DNA of 61,458 bases, filler included, from Hausera hauseri (lineage: Eukaryota), in NCBI GenBank assembly GCA_046269625.1. It is 10 parts of 10 records of this genome, joined end to end, with 100 filler letters (N's around TTAATTAATTAA, not from the genome) between each part and the next. Parts side by side here need not be neighbours in the genome. Positions count along the whole stretch, not along the records: positions 10,814 to 15,613 come from JBJURY010431694.1; positions 15,714 to 20,470 come from JBJURY010447691.1; positions 20,571 to 29,118 come from JBJURY010605443.1; 7 more parts are not named here. One strand, given 5' to 3'. This document shows, piece by piece, positions 12,886 through 25,166 of the stretch. The position numbers and the translations under genes are program-made. The notes under the pieces were generated by a model. The model ran no database searches. It was given only the letters and a program-made list of their open reading frames with translations, and had not been told where the DNA came from. Position 1 is the stretch's first letter. Each line of letters begins with the position of its first letter.

Positions 12886-13939
12886 TGAGCATTTATTTGG
12901 TATTTGATTGTAACAGATCATTATCGTACATGTCGATGACAATGACAATACCACTAAACAGTTTACCATACACTTCGACCAACCGGTCGATTTACGCCAC
13001 GGAAACTGGGAAGTGGCTTTGACGGAATTCACACTTACATTTTCACCAATGACAATACATCAGAACAGTGGTATTTACTTTACCCGACAAGAAACGAACC
13101 TTATTTCAAGTCTTTTGCGGACAATCCGACACAATAACCGATATATTCTTCGCAATTATTCACGAGAAAATTTTTCGGTTTGTGCTCATTTTGCAAACTG
13201 CCGTATGAAACTAGTGCATCGAATTCCCATGGAAATGCAGTTTATTTCTATAGCTGATGCTCAGGCTTGGGATTTTCAATCATTCAATGTACATTCAAAA
13301 CGTCTATGGCTCGGTGGACATGTGATAATTGGTGAAAAATTGGACCTTTTATCCTATGCAGAATCCAATATTATAGTAAAGTAGACTAAGTCAAAATCAG
13401 TCTTCCGCTCATGTATTATACCACACGATTTACTAATGGAAACGGAACTGGAATTGTGTGAATACATCAAGAAAATGGCTACATTAGCCGTAAAGACATG
13501 TGAAATAAACGCATATGGTCATATTTCGATTACACTCCATGACAATGTTACATATTTTGCCTTTGATGAATTACTGGCTCAGAATCTGGGTTTTTCACAA
13601 CGCGAATTCTATCAAAACATTGTTGGACAATCTATTGTTGCCAAAAAGAAACCATAACTCTGGAGCATTTCACCGAATCAACATTTTAACGGACTTAACC
13701 GAATCCGTACTCGTTGGTGGAGAACGTAAACAGCCACTGGCTTCTATCGAACTGGATTCTGACACGTGCAAACATCGGGTGAAACTGTTCGCGTTAATAT
13801 GCTCAGACCCATGTACTCATCATTGTCTCACAATATTGTGCACAGTATTTCCGTGTATATGCATGATGAATTCTTGGAACCCATTAAATTTCTGTTTGGG
13901 TCAACAACACATTTGACGTTACATTTTCGACGTCGATAA
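12885..13939 (+). pseudogene. Maverick minor capsid (penton/PX)-like ORF 1, frameshifted
   Basis: N-terminal NTTKQFTIHFDQPVDLRHGNWEVALTEF and C-terminal LTLHFRR motifs; ESVLVGG core. Confidence 0.7.
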
Positions 13940-13996
13940 CGTCGATAATAAACAAAGTGCTTCATCATCATCATCATCGAGATCATAAGTATTTAC

Positions 13997-14723
13997 ATGG
14001 TGTTGTCGAGCAACAGTTGGCCGACGACTCGTCCAAACAAATCCGCCAGTGAATACGTTGTAGATTGGAACAATCCTTTGGATTTATATGGAAAATGGGA
14101 GGTTGCACTGACGGAATTTAACTTTCCATACGGACCGGTGACATTGAAAGGTAGTATGAAAATAACGTACAAGACTGGTACTGAAACCAAAATACATTCT
14201 TGTCCTTTGACACTTATTAACAATAACACATCTCTGTCAATACTTTTCTTCAAATCAGAAGTACAAGACGATATTTAAAGTCTCCGGGTCAGATGCAAAT
14301 GGGTACATTAAACTTGAACTTGCTAAGGATATTGTCGACATTTCATTGGACAAAGCTGTGGTCATGGTATTGGGTTTTGAGAAACAGCGGTTTGAGGCAT
14401 CGACGGCGGCACATGTTGCAACACTTAAACCCAAACTGAAAATTGGACTAAGTCAAATGTACATTTACATGAACGTCACTGAACCGATTTTGGTCGGTGG
14501 AGTACGTGTACCGCTACTCCGTGCAATTTATCCAGAAAGCAGCAAGTATACTGCTGGCAACAATGACACTGTCAAGCTCGATAATCCAATGTACCTACCT
14601 GGAGCATTTACATCTATAAACAATGTTGAAGTGAATATCCGATGTGACGCGGACTACCTTATTGAATTTCCGTACGGTACCACAACCAGTCTAACTCTTC
14701 ATTTCCGTCGAATCCACGATTGA
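13997..14723 (+). pseudogene. Maverick minor capsid (penton/PX)-like ORF 2
   Basis: LSSNS...NKSASEYVVDWNNPLDLYGKWEVALTEF...MYIYMNVTEPILVGGVRVPLLR...PMYLP...TSLTLHFRR. Confidence 0.78.
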
Positions 14724-14775
14724 TTCTGAAATCATTTCCATTTACAGTAAACCCCAGCAAGGCGGTGAACTGCCA

Positions 14776-14892
14776 TATTTCGTTGGTAAACAGTATGGCT
14801 CTGGATGGCTGCGTACATTGGCACATTTAGCATTTCCGGTGCTGAAGCGTATTGGAGCCGTGGCAGCAAAAACAGCGCAGGATGTACTATAA
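14776..14892 (+). pseudogene. Small Maverick core/membrane-active protein remnant (GSG followed by an amphipathic helix)
   Basis: YFVGKQYGSGWLRTLAHLAFPVLKRIGAVAAK lies between the minor and major capsid genes. Confidence 0.5.
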
Positions 14893-15085
14893 GAAAACAA
14901 ATCGATTTTACCATCATTGAAGGAACACGCCTTGTCAGAAATAAAAAGCGATGCATCTGAAGTCGTTGAATCAGTCAAAACAATTCGCTGGTAGTTGCTT
15001 GGGATATCGTGGTAGATCAGCTAGCTTTTGAACTATAAAGAAACGTTGTCGTTGTACGATTTTCGGTTAACTGACTGGCAGACAA

Positions 15086-15613
15086 ATGGCATCTGCGAAA
15101 TTTAAATTGTGTATAGTCGACAAAACCGCACCATAAGTTGTTATTGAAAATGCAACATTTGAAGAAATCTACCCAGTTGATTCCGTTTCAACTGACAATA
15201 ACATTGACATTCAATTCAACATTACGGCATCAGACAATGAATACCTGGATTTGAACGATACGCTACCCTATGTAAAAGTCATTGTTAAAAAGGATACATC
15301 AACGGTTCTCGCTTCAACAAACACTGTCACACCGGCCAATTACCTTATCCTCATACTGTTCCAGGAGGCTTCACTGACTCTAAACAGTGTCAAAATCGAA
15401 GGCAATACCAGTCTATACAGTATCAAAGCACTCATTAAAACAGCTCTGAATTACAGTGCTGACACGAAAACGACTCATTTGACGAAAACCATCGGATATG
15501 ACGCCACTGCAGCAAACCGCCAGGCATGGGTGGCAAAATCAAAAGCCCTTACCATGTGTGGACCGCTGTACTTTGACTTTTTCGATCAGCCGAAATACCT
15601 ACTGCCCGGTGTT
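15086..15613 (+). pseudogene. Maverick major capsid protein (PY/hexon-like), N-terminal part
   Basis: FEEIYPV...IQFNITASDNEYLDLNDTL.YVKV...PANY..LFQEASLTLN...FFDQPKYLLPGV; truncated by contig end. Confidence 0.8.
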
Positions 15614-16209
15614 NNNNNNNNNNNNNNNNNNNNNNNNNNNNNNNNNNNNNNNNNNNNTTAATTAATTAANNNNNNNNNNNNNNNNNNNNNNNNNNNNNNN
15701 NNNNNNNNNNNNNGCGGATAAACTGTACTACCGCACGCAATCAAAATCAGAATATTTGAAGAAGCACAAGGATCTTTCGCTACAAGCTAAATAAATGGCT
15801 ACAGAATTCAATAAATTAACAGGTAAAAGCCTTGCAAATAGGGTTAACAAGCGTTGACAAGATTTAAAGGCATACGCGGAAAATGAAAAGAATTCAGAAG
15901 ATATTCCACCAATAACAGCATCAGTTGATGAAGAAACCAGCAATGTTGTTGGTTCTAAAATTACTGCATTGGAATTAAACACGGCTCAACCAACAGATGA
16001 ACCATTAAGTACGACTGATACAAAAGCAGATGATAACGCGCCCCTTAATGACAATTTACCAAACAAAGCCACTGACGGTTCTGATCTTTCGAATGTTGTA
16101 GATGAATATGCTCAGCGATTGGCTCTTCTGAATAAGAGAAATCATCCATTGAAAAAAGACTACAAAGAAATTACGAAAAGTCTTTATTGGAATAATCTAC
16201 TTACCAAAG

Positions 16210-16620
16210 TTGAAAAACTCAAAGAAGGCGGAGGAAAAACAGAATATTTTGGCAACAAGTAATATTGATGCTAAAAATGCTAGTGATGAAACAAGTTCAC
16301 ATTTTGCCGCCGAAAATGGCCATGTTGAGGTGTATCAGTATTTGTTTGAATGTAATGCAAACATCAATCATACGTCAGAAGGCGGAAGAACTGTACTGAT
16401 GAAGGCTAGGCGAGCAGGCAATTTAGAGGTTGTTAAACTCCTTGTTAAAAGAGGTGCAAATTTCGATCTATTAACTGATCAAAGAGATCACAAAGCTCTT
16501 AGTTTGGCATGTTCTAACGGACATTGTAAGGTCGTCGAATATTTGCTTAAAGTCAGTGCTAGTCCAAGAATTAAATGGGAAGATAACTGTTCCGTTCTTA
16601 CCGAAGCATTACGAAGCGGA
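16210..16620 (+). pseudogene. Ankyrin-repeat fragment resembling mask/ANKHD1/ANKRD17
   Basis: HTSEGGRTVLMKARRAGNLEVVKLL...DHKALSLACSNGHCKVVEYLL...DNCSVLTEALRSG resembles ANKHD1 HESEGGRTPLMKAARAGH...DHTVVSLACAGGHLAVVELLL...DGSTMLIEAAKGG. It is intronless and cut off at ~16620. Confidence 0.75.
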
Positions 16621-16969
16621 CTTTCCGGGAAACTCGACCACCTTGCATTTTGGTGTCCACCTCGCCGGGGCGAAAGTCCCGACCGTCAACCCTGCGCCGG
16701 GCAGTCGCACGGCGCCTTTCGCATCGGCGCCACATCACGCTCCCAGGCGCATCACTCCTTCCCCTTCTATTTTTTTCTTCAATAATACCCACATTTACAC
16801 AACCACTACATTACATCCACACATTCCTACCCTTCGGACGTCCATTTCTTTTTTACTCAATTTTTCCAATTTTTATCTCACCCATAACTGCACTATCATA
16901 CCTCTCACCGGAACCCTGCCATCTTTCTCAAGCCACATTTGCCTCCAAATACATCTCCGTATCGGTGGT

Positions 16970-17950
16970 GGCACGAACTCTTCGCCAACTATTGACACTA
17001 CGGATAAAACCACCACGAAACTAATACCTGTTATATTGCTCCAAAAACCCACTCTTAAATTTGCTAGCAACCTTTCATCCATTGCCTTTTCCGCTCCTTT
17101 CCCTAATTGCACCGGATTCTTCATTGACAACCAAGGCTCTAGCAAAACTTGGTTGCAATTCCACCAGCTTTGGCTGCAGGCAAATAACATTAACGATTCT
17201 TTACCTAGGGCGCATAATGTTCTTTTCCTACTGCCTAATAACATCAAGACCCGCATTTATAACATCATCGAAATCTTTCAACTTCCAGACCCATATTCGC
17301 AACTTTCTAACGCAGTCCTAAAGATCGCGGAACCTTCCATGGACACGATTATACAACGTTTCTTTCATGACAACGTGATAGGCACCGCAAGGGCCGTCAG
17401 AATTCTTACGTACATCCTTAGCACATCTACATACTCTCGACGTCACCAAAGAACACAACCCAGACCTCCTACGCTTTTATTTCCTCAATGCACTACCTAT
17501 CCAAATCCGGGTCCTACTTACCGTGGTGGACGACTACACGCTGCTTGAGAATTTGGCCGAATTAGCCGATAGGACACATGATGTCCTACACGTAAATTCT
17601 TCACCAGTCGTTTCAGCAGCAGTTGCCGCTAACGATAATACATCCATAGAACAACAAGTTAATCAACTACGTGCTGAAAACATTGCACTACATGCAACAA
17701 TCAACAACATTAATAATAAATTGAACGAATTGTCTCTGTCCCACCGAAAGAGTTTTGCCCCTGACCGCGCCCGTTCTGCGTCTAAAAACCGCTCACCATC
17801 GCTACACGGGTTCGTCGTTCTGCTATTACCACAGCAGATTTAACACTAGTGATCAAAAGTGCTGCCTAGGGTGCAAGTTTTGTAATAAGAATTTTTCCTC
17901 GGACACCGTTATTTGCATCTCCCATGCAAGGTTCAAAAATCTAACATGAA
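16970..17950 (+). pseudogene. Gypsy Gag (frameshifted)
   Basis: DPYSQLSNAVLK, LAELADR, coiled coil, CYYHSRF..C..C. Confidence 0.75.
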
Positions 17951-18099
17951 TGACGGATGTATTGCCTTTCCTTATAATAGTCGTCCTAATTTGCCCTTTC
18001 AAAATAACTAAGTTCGCCGCCAGCAGTCACGGTAAACTCAGGCAATGGCACTACTTCACATTCTCCACGCCGATACGTCTCTTTTGCTGTATTTACTTT

Positions 18100-18420
18100 A
18101 AAGGCTGCAATCAATGCTCCTACAACGCAATTTGTTGACTTTTTCATTGATACAGGTGCAGCGATTTCCTTATTATCACAAACCTTTTCCGTGCAAAATT
18201 CTCCATTCAAACTTAAGCCCTTATACACTGCTTCAGGCCAACCGCTGCACATTTCTGGCATGACTAAACTGTCTTTCACTTTACCAAACTTTCTTTCACC
18301 CTTCCACTGGACGTTCACAGTCGCTAACGTCCAGACGGCAATTCTAGGGTCAGACTTTTTTTCACACTATAACTTACTGGTTGATTGCAGTCAACGATGT
18401 TTGAGGAACGGCACCACTGG
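18100..18420 (+). pseudogene. Retrotransposon aspartic protease
   Basis: FFIDTGAAISLL...WTFTVANVQTAILGSDFFSHYNLLVD. Confidence 0.85.
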
Positions 18421-18839
18421 CGACATTTCTGGACATGGAAATAGCATTTCGACTACCGCGCAGTCGACCGGAATGCGGACGTCAATCTTAAAATGGTCAA
18501 CAAATGATTCGATTTTTATAACGATAATTCCATTCGTAAATTTTTAAATAATAATACTGACATTCGATCGAAGTTCAATGTCGATAACTGGGTACTACCA
18601 CCAACGCAAACTCATTAGACGAAAATACCTCATCCAACACCATTTTCAATTCAACCATCTTACACCAAATACCACTTAACCGCACATCACCTAACAACTC
18701 ACAAATTGCATCTGCTACTACTCAAGCCGTTTCATCACTTCTACCGAATCTTTCACAGTTACCTACAACTTTACAACAGTTCGTCAACACATGATGTCCA
18801 CGCGTACTTAAAAAAGACCGTACCTTTTCTCCCGCAAAC

Positions 18840-20470
18840 AGCACTTTACACCATATAGTTACGCAGGTCAACGTCCAATACGCCAGAAAGTACGGCCTCT
18901 GTAACCTCGCTGTAGGCAGGCCGTAGAAGCCGAATTTCTTGAGCTAGAAAGTTCCCGCATAGTACGCCGTTCCAAATCTCCTTGGTCATCACCTTTACAC
19001 GTTGTACAAAAACGGACGGTACTTTTAGACCTTGCGGTGACTACCGACAGCTGAATAACTTGATTATCATGGATGCATACCCTTTACCACTCATCAAGGA
19101 TATTTTGCATCGTCTCAATTCAACCATTATCTATTCAGCCATTGATTTAGTTAAACATACCATTAAATACCGGTAGTACCCGACGACATTGAAAAAACCA
19201 TAGTAACTACTCATTTTGGCCTCTATGAATATCCATTTATGCCATTCGGTTTGCGGAATGCCGCCCAAACTTTTCAGTGGCACATTGATTCAATTCTTTT
19301 CGATTTCCCGTTTGCACACCCTTATATCGATGATATTCTAACCGTTTCATCTTCGGCCAAACAACATGAAGAACACCTTCGCGCAATATTCCAACGTCTT
19401 AACCACCATAATCTCCAAGTCAATTTCGACAAATGCCATTTCTTCAAAAAGCGCTTTAAGTTTTTAGGCCACGTTATTTCACCAGACGGTCATTCTCCCC
19501 AACCAAACCGAGTCGAAGCTCTTAAAAATATCCAGTTGCCACGTACAACCACCGAAATGTGCAGTTTCCTTGGCACACTACACTTTGTACATAAATATGT
19601 ACCATATTGCTCCGAATTGACAGCACCATTCGCACATCTAAGCGGCGGCGAAAAACATCAGCCAATCCAGTGGACACCTGAATTGGTTGACAAATTTGAT
19701 AAGCTATGCGAAGGAATTAAGACAGTCGATATTCTCGTTTTCCCCAAGCCTGATGCAGAACTTATCCTTACTACAGATGCGTCAACCACTGCAGTAGGCG
19801 CTGTGCTCCACCAGATCTACAAGGGAGAAAATCAACCACTAGAATTTTTCTCTCGCAAGCTAACATCCCCTAAAACCAGATTTCCAACGTTCGATCGAGA
19901 ACTATTAGCCATCGTTCTCGCTTTAAAGCATTTCTCCCACCTACTTGTCGCTCGTCGTTTTACCATACAGACTGATCACAAGCCTTTGCTAAACATCATG
20001 ACTATGAAACATCCTTCCTCACGCCAAGAACGACAAATATCATATCTGTCGACATTCAACTTTGACATAAAACATATTAACGGTGTCAATAATTTGGTTG
20101 CCGATTTTTTATCTAGGACGATAGGTTTGATTAATTTTTCACCAATCTTCTCTCAAGTACAACTACAACAAAACCAGCCACCTCCGGACATGCTTAAATC
20201 TTTCCGATCTTACAACATCATTGACGGTGTTGCTTTAGACACTTCCAAACCAGGTCATTCCGTAATAATTCTTGCACCACCTTTACAACGGCAAGCGTTT
20301 AACAGTGTACACTCACTGCATCATCCTGGCGCTAATGCAACTCTTCGCTTACTCCACCGGCAAGTAATATGGCCGACCATGCGTTCTGATGTTCAAGCGT
20401 GGGTTAAGGAGTGTGTGGCTTGCCAGAAATTTAAAATCACCAAACATTTGAAGCCACCACTTTATCATTT
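18840..20470 (+). pseudogene. Gypsy Pol: reverse transcriptase, RNase H and integrase zinc finger
   Basis: ORF 19239-20470 is intact over the RT C-half and RNase H; the 5' RT part is frameshifted. Confidence 0.95.
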
Positions 20471-20570
20471 NNNNNNNNNNNNNNNNNNNNNNNNNNNNNN
20501 NNNNNNNNNNNNNNTTAATTAATTAANNNNNNNNNNNNNNNNNNNNNNNNNNNNNNNNNNNNNNNNNNNN

Positions 20571-20735
20571 CAAAAAAGATTGTTGATATTGGATTAACAA
20601 AAATATCTAACTCTCCTTATTCACCAGACATATCACCATCTGATTGTTATCTCTTCTCGTCCGTTGAAAAATACCCTCAGATATAAAGTGTATCATGACG
20701 TCTGTACAATTCGAAATGATATACTATCGTTGCTC
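20571..20735 (+). pseudogene. Mariner transposase C-terminal fragment
   Basis: PYSPDISPSDCYLFSSVEKY (YSPDLAPSD motif). Confidence 0.75.
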
Positions 20736-21191
20736 AACTCCAAAGATCGGATGTTCCTATATTTGTTAATAACTTATTTACGTCATATAATTTGATAAAG
20801 AGTATAACTATTCCTGATGTGGATGCAGATCGACCATAGAAAAGCGCAACTGCATTTTTATAAAAAATCAGTATTATTATGAGATTTGTTTTCACAATTT
20901 GAGAAATAATTGGCATGATAAACCTCAACAAAAAGTACAAATTGTGCGACATACGGTCGTGCATTGTCTTGGATGAAAAACAATTTGGTATTATCACCAA
21001 GTAATTGTCGTCCTTTCTGTTGAATATCAATGAGTAATTGACTGACTTGTTAGCAGTATTTTTCAACATTTAAGCTTTCATTGAATTGCAACACTCGCAT
21101 GGAAATGAGGCCTTTATAATCCCAAAACAGTGGCAAGATGCTTCTGGATCGTAAGCGTTTGTTTAACAGAAGAAGCACGATCTACGTTTCA

Positions 21192-21515
21192 TCAATTGTA
21201 ATTAGTTTGTGAACTGTGAACCCTTAATGCTTTGTTTTCTTCGTTGAGATAATGTGGTAGCCATTTATTTATTCTGCATGATTTCCCCATTTCATGTAAT
21301 TGGTTAACGATTGTTTTTTGATCTACGTTCAATACTGATGCCATTTGACGACTTGTTACATGCGGATTTTTATGTAATTGGTTTCTTATTTTATTATCGA
21401 TAGACAAGGATGGTCTACCCACCTTTGCCTTGTCTTTGCTCTTAATTTCATCATTACTGAATTTGTTGAACCAATTTCTGCACGTTCTTTCCTTTAATGT
21501 GTTCTTTCCCAGGAC
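21192..21515 (-). pseudogene. Mariner transposase N-terminal fragment
   Basis: RNWFNKF...GRPS...NPHVTSRQMASVLNVDQKTIVNQLHEMGK...KWLPHYL (HTH plus WVPHEL-like motif). Confidence 0.85.
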
Positions 21516-21518
21516 TTC

Positions 21519-22763
21519 GTAAATGAGACTTTATAAAAAGCACGCGCATGATATGACTGTTGTGAACAGCTGACAGAAATTTCATGACATTTACTTTGTT
21601 GGGTTAGAAATTACAGCGTCTTTTGTGTTTGAATAAAATTGTTCCCGGCGATTTTTTAATATGGATGAATATGTGGAACAGAGGATATGTATCAAGTTTT
21701 GTCTAAAATATGGAATTTCTTGTTCTGATGCATTGAAAATGTTACAAAAAATATTACGGCTATGAATGTTCATCAAGATCACAAGTTTTTAAGTGGTCTA
21801 AATCATTTGTTGAGGGTCGTGAAGCAGTCGAAAACGAGCCTCGTTTACGAAGGCCATCAACCTCAACTAATGATGATAACATCAACAAAATCAAGGAGCT
21901 TGTACTTTCCAATTGTCGATTGACTCAAAGAGGCCTCGTAGACAGTGTTGGTATATCAAAAGGATCAATACAAATAATTTTGAAGGACCATTTGGAATTG
22001 TCTCGCGTGTCTTCTCGTCTTGTTCCAAAAGCTTTGAATGTGTTTGAAAAACAACGTCGTATTCAAGTGGCTGAATAAATGCTTTCTATGACTGATGCTT
22101 ATCTGCAATGCATAAATACTGGCGATGAAACTTTGATCTATGTTTATGACTTAGAAACAGCTCAACAATCCAGTGAATATCGTGCTGCAGGTGAACCGAA
22201 ACTGTAAAAAGCACCTCGAAGCAAGTCATAAATCAATGTCATATTGACTGTTTCCTTGACTACAGTCAACTACCGTGGCGTTATCCACAAAGAGTTCCTT
22301 CCAACTGGCCAAACAGTCAGCAAAGAATATTATTTAGGCCTTTTGCGTCGTTTACATGAGTCAATTCGTAAAAAACGACCAGAATTATTGCAAAACAATT
22401 CATGGTTTGTGCATGACGATAACGCACCATCCCATACAGCCGTAATTATTCGTCAGTATTTCATGAAAAATCAAGTGAATGTCGTACCTCAAGCACCGTA
22501 TTCGCCAGTTATGGCTCGGTAGAAATTACCACTTCGTGGATATCGATTTGAGTTAATAGAAGCCATCCAAGAGAATTTGTTGGCCGCTTTGCAGGCTATA
22601 TCGGAAGCTGCGTATAATAACTGTTTCAAAGACTGGAAAAAACGTTGGAATAAGTATATTCAAGTGGGCGGGGATTACTTTGAAGGAGATAGAATAAATT
22701 TGGATGAATAAAATATTTTCTGTGCTTTATTTAATCAGTCTCATTACTTTTTGTCCACAGTAG
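21519..22763 (+). mobile_element. Mariner (DD34D) element with transposase pseudogene at 21661-22711
   Basis: MDEYVEQRICIKFC..., TGDET, HDDNAPSHT, PYSP, GDYFEGD. The right TIR AGTCTCATTACTTTTTGTCCACAGTAG is followed by TA; the left TIR is truncated (AATGAGACT). Confidence 0.92.
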
Positions 22764-23146
22764 TATGTAGTGCCGTAGGACTGAGTCGGCACTCCAATTT
22801 TTAATTTTTCATTATGTGCTTGATTTCCCGTCTCCAGTAGCATGTTTTAGGATAATGAAGGATGTCCCAAATGGCCTTTTTTGATCGAAACAGCTTAGTG
22901 CCGGAAGCTCAACAGTCGTCCGGCACCAAATATGCTGCGTGTTTGACTAATCGGTGTATTTACTGTTTCAAACTTCAATGTAATTTTCTAGATTGCATTA
23001 GTATAGATATTAATTACAGTGTGTCGCTTACTCCGTATACCATTGGGTGAAAGAGACAAGCTTCATAAAATTAATAACTTAATCCAATGTCAATTTCACT
23101 GAAATTATTTTGATGGCCTGGGTTCTTTTCAGTTACCTAAAGGTGT

Positions 23147-24410
23147 ACTGAATTGTCGACCACGTTACCTATTAATTGGGGCAGCTGCTGAAATTAGCTT
23201 TTTATTGTGATGATTTTTGAATGAGTAAAAATTTCGCGTTTTTAGTGAATTTTTGAATATTATGGATACCTCAATGGAAAGGAGAGGTGAGATTAAAGGT
23301 TTGTATTAATGAAATATGGGTGGACGTGAAATATCGACACGTTTGGGAATTCCACAGTCAGTAGTTGCCAGGCTAATTCAAAAGTTCAAAACTTCAGGCT
23401 CCATGGCAGTTAATCGGGTTGGTAAATGTGAACGAAAGGAAAAGTGTTATTAATCCTCGTTTAACTGCAATCCAGATTCAAAATGAACTGTCATGCCACC
23501 CATAAGTATCTCCTCGAACAATTCGTTGTCTTATTGTCATATGGTCGACGTGCAAGGGTCTCTGTTAAAAAGCAGTTTTTGACTAAAATCCAGGTTACAA
23601 ATCGATTGAAATGGGCAAGGGCGTTTTCTGGTTTTGATGAAGAATATTATCTTCACAGATGAAACAGCTAGAGAGCTCAAAATGTGTGATACTCGTTATG
23701 TAAGAAAATCATCTGATGAACCCCTAACAACTGCACATATCCACCAGACTGTGAAACACCCGTTAAAAGTTATGTTTTTCTTGGTTTGGTCCAGGACGTC
23801 TACATGTTTGTGATGGAACTGTTAATTCGATGCAGTACATTGAAATGATAAGAAATCGGTTAATCCCTCAGGCCCATGAATGTTAGGTGATGGCGATGGT
23901 TGGTTTGTACAGCAAGATAATGCCCCATGCCATGTCTCAAAAGTTACCAAGAGTTTCATTCATGAATCAGACATCAGAGTCCTCTCCTGGCCCAGTCTAT
24001 CACCTGATATGAACCCGATTGAAAATTTCTGGTCAATTTTGAAGACAAAAGTTGCCAACAGGAATCCATGATCTTATCTCTGCAACCATTAATATTTGGT
24101 TCCATGATCAGGATATTGCAGAACTGTGTAAAAAGCTCATTAAATGTATGCCACGTCGCATTGATGAACTACTGTCAGAAAAGAGTAAACACACATCATA
24201 CTAGCTACAATTGACTCTTTTTATTGTTTCTCATTACTCATTCTATTTAATTACCAATAAACGAATAATGTTTCGTGTTGTTTGGAGTTTTGACTTTTAG
24301 TGCATTTTTATTAAAAATTAATTTTTCCGAATCTGTATTTCTATATGTGATGTTACTGAGCAATATTAACAGTACTGAAGTCAACTGAATTGTCGACCAT
24401 TTTACCTGTG
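23147..24410 (+). mobile_element. Tc1-like (DD34E) element with transposase pseudogene at 23262-24204
   Basis: IFTDET, TVKHPLKVM, QQDNAPCH, SPDMNPIENFW; right end ...TTTACCTGTG then TA. Confidence 0.9.
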
Positions 24411-24502
24411 TAAAATAATCGTAGAAGGTTTTCAGACATTTACAATAATTGTTCTAAATTGGTTATTTATGATCGGTCTCTGAAAATCAGCAAAATTTGT
24501 AG

Positions 24503-24865
24503 TATTGCCAAAATGCTTGACAAAGTACTGCAAGTATGTGACGCAGATCGATTGGCATTACATTGTCACGACACTAACGGTAAAGGCATTGCTAACATAA
24601 CAAAAGGAATAGAAATGGGCGTTAAAGTTGTCGATTGTTCCATTGCTGGTCTCGGTGGCTGTCCATTTGCTGGACCTTCAGCCAGTGGAAATGTGGCGAC
24701 GGAAAAGGTCATTTATTTATTGGCTAAAATGGGATTGTTGGATAGAAACGTTAATGTTGATTCGATACTAAAGGTTTGGGTTTTTTGTCGAATGTCATAA
24801 CATTAAAGTGAAACTAGGTGGCTCAGTGGATTGCAGGGATTTTGAAGGGATTGAAAAGCAAATGA
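24503..24865 (+). CDS. HMGCL: Hydroxymethylglutaryl-CoA lyase, last two exons (24503-24773, 24818-24865); upstream exons not found in the fragment
   Basis: LALHCHDT...GVKVVDCSIAGLGGCPFAG.ASGNVATE. A 44-bp GT..AG intron gives an in-frame last exon VAQWIAGILKGLKSK*, and AATAAA follows. Confidence 0.85.
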
Positions 24866-25166
24866 GAATAGCATTTTTTAAATGACTTTTTTGGAAATAA
24901 ATGCTTTATTATTCGTTTTTTTTTTCAAAAATATAAATATGATACTTGCACAGTATTGTACTTATTTGCCACTATCTCGTATAAATAAAACTTCAAAAGC
25001 ACTGACACGGTATCGATGACATAAGAACAAAAGAAATTCGACGAAACTTGACGAAACGTATCTTCAAATTATCAATTTTTGAAGTGGTGATACTGTATAA
25101 GAGTCAAATTTTTGCATGTATGGTAAACTCCCCATAATTTTACTCATTTTCCGCTATTACATAATA

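Larger units (their letters stand above)
16640..20470 (+). mobile_element. Ty3/Gypsy LTR retrotransposon, degraded (leader-gag-PR-RT-RNaseH-IN start)
   Basis: Gag with FCYYHSRF...C motif, protease FIDTGA, RT FRPCGDYRQLN/MPFGLRNAAQTFQ/YIDDIL, RNase H TDAS...DRELLA...TDHKPL...ADFLSR, integrase HHPG...CVAC. RT-RH-IN order. Confidence 0.93.

Noticed and set aside
16556-16960. N-terminal half of the 330-aa ORF as real protein
   Set aside because: It spans the ankyrin/retroelement junction and the pyrimidine-rich leader; only the part after ~16970 resembles Gag.
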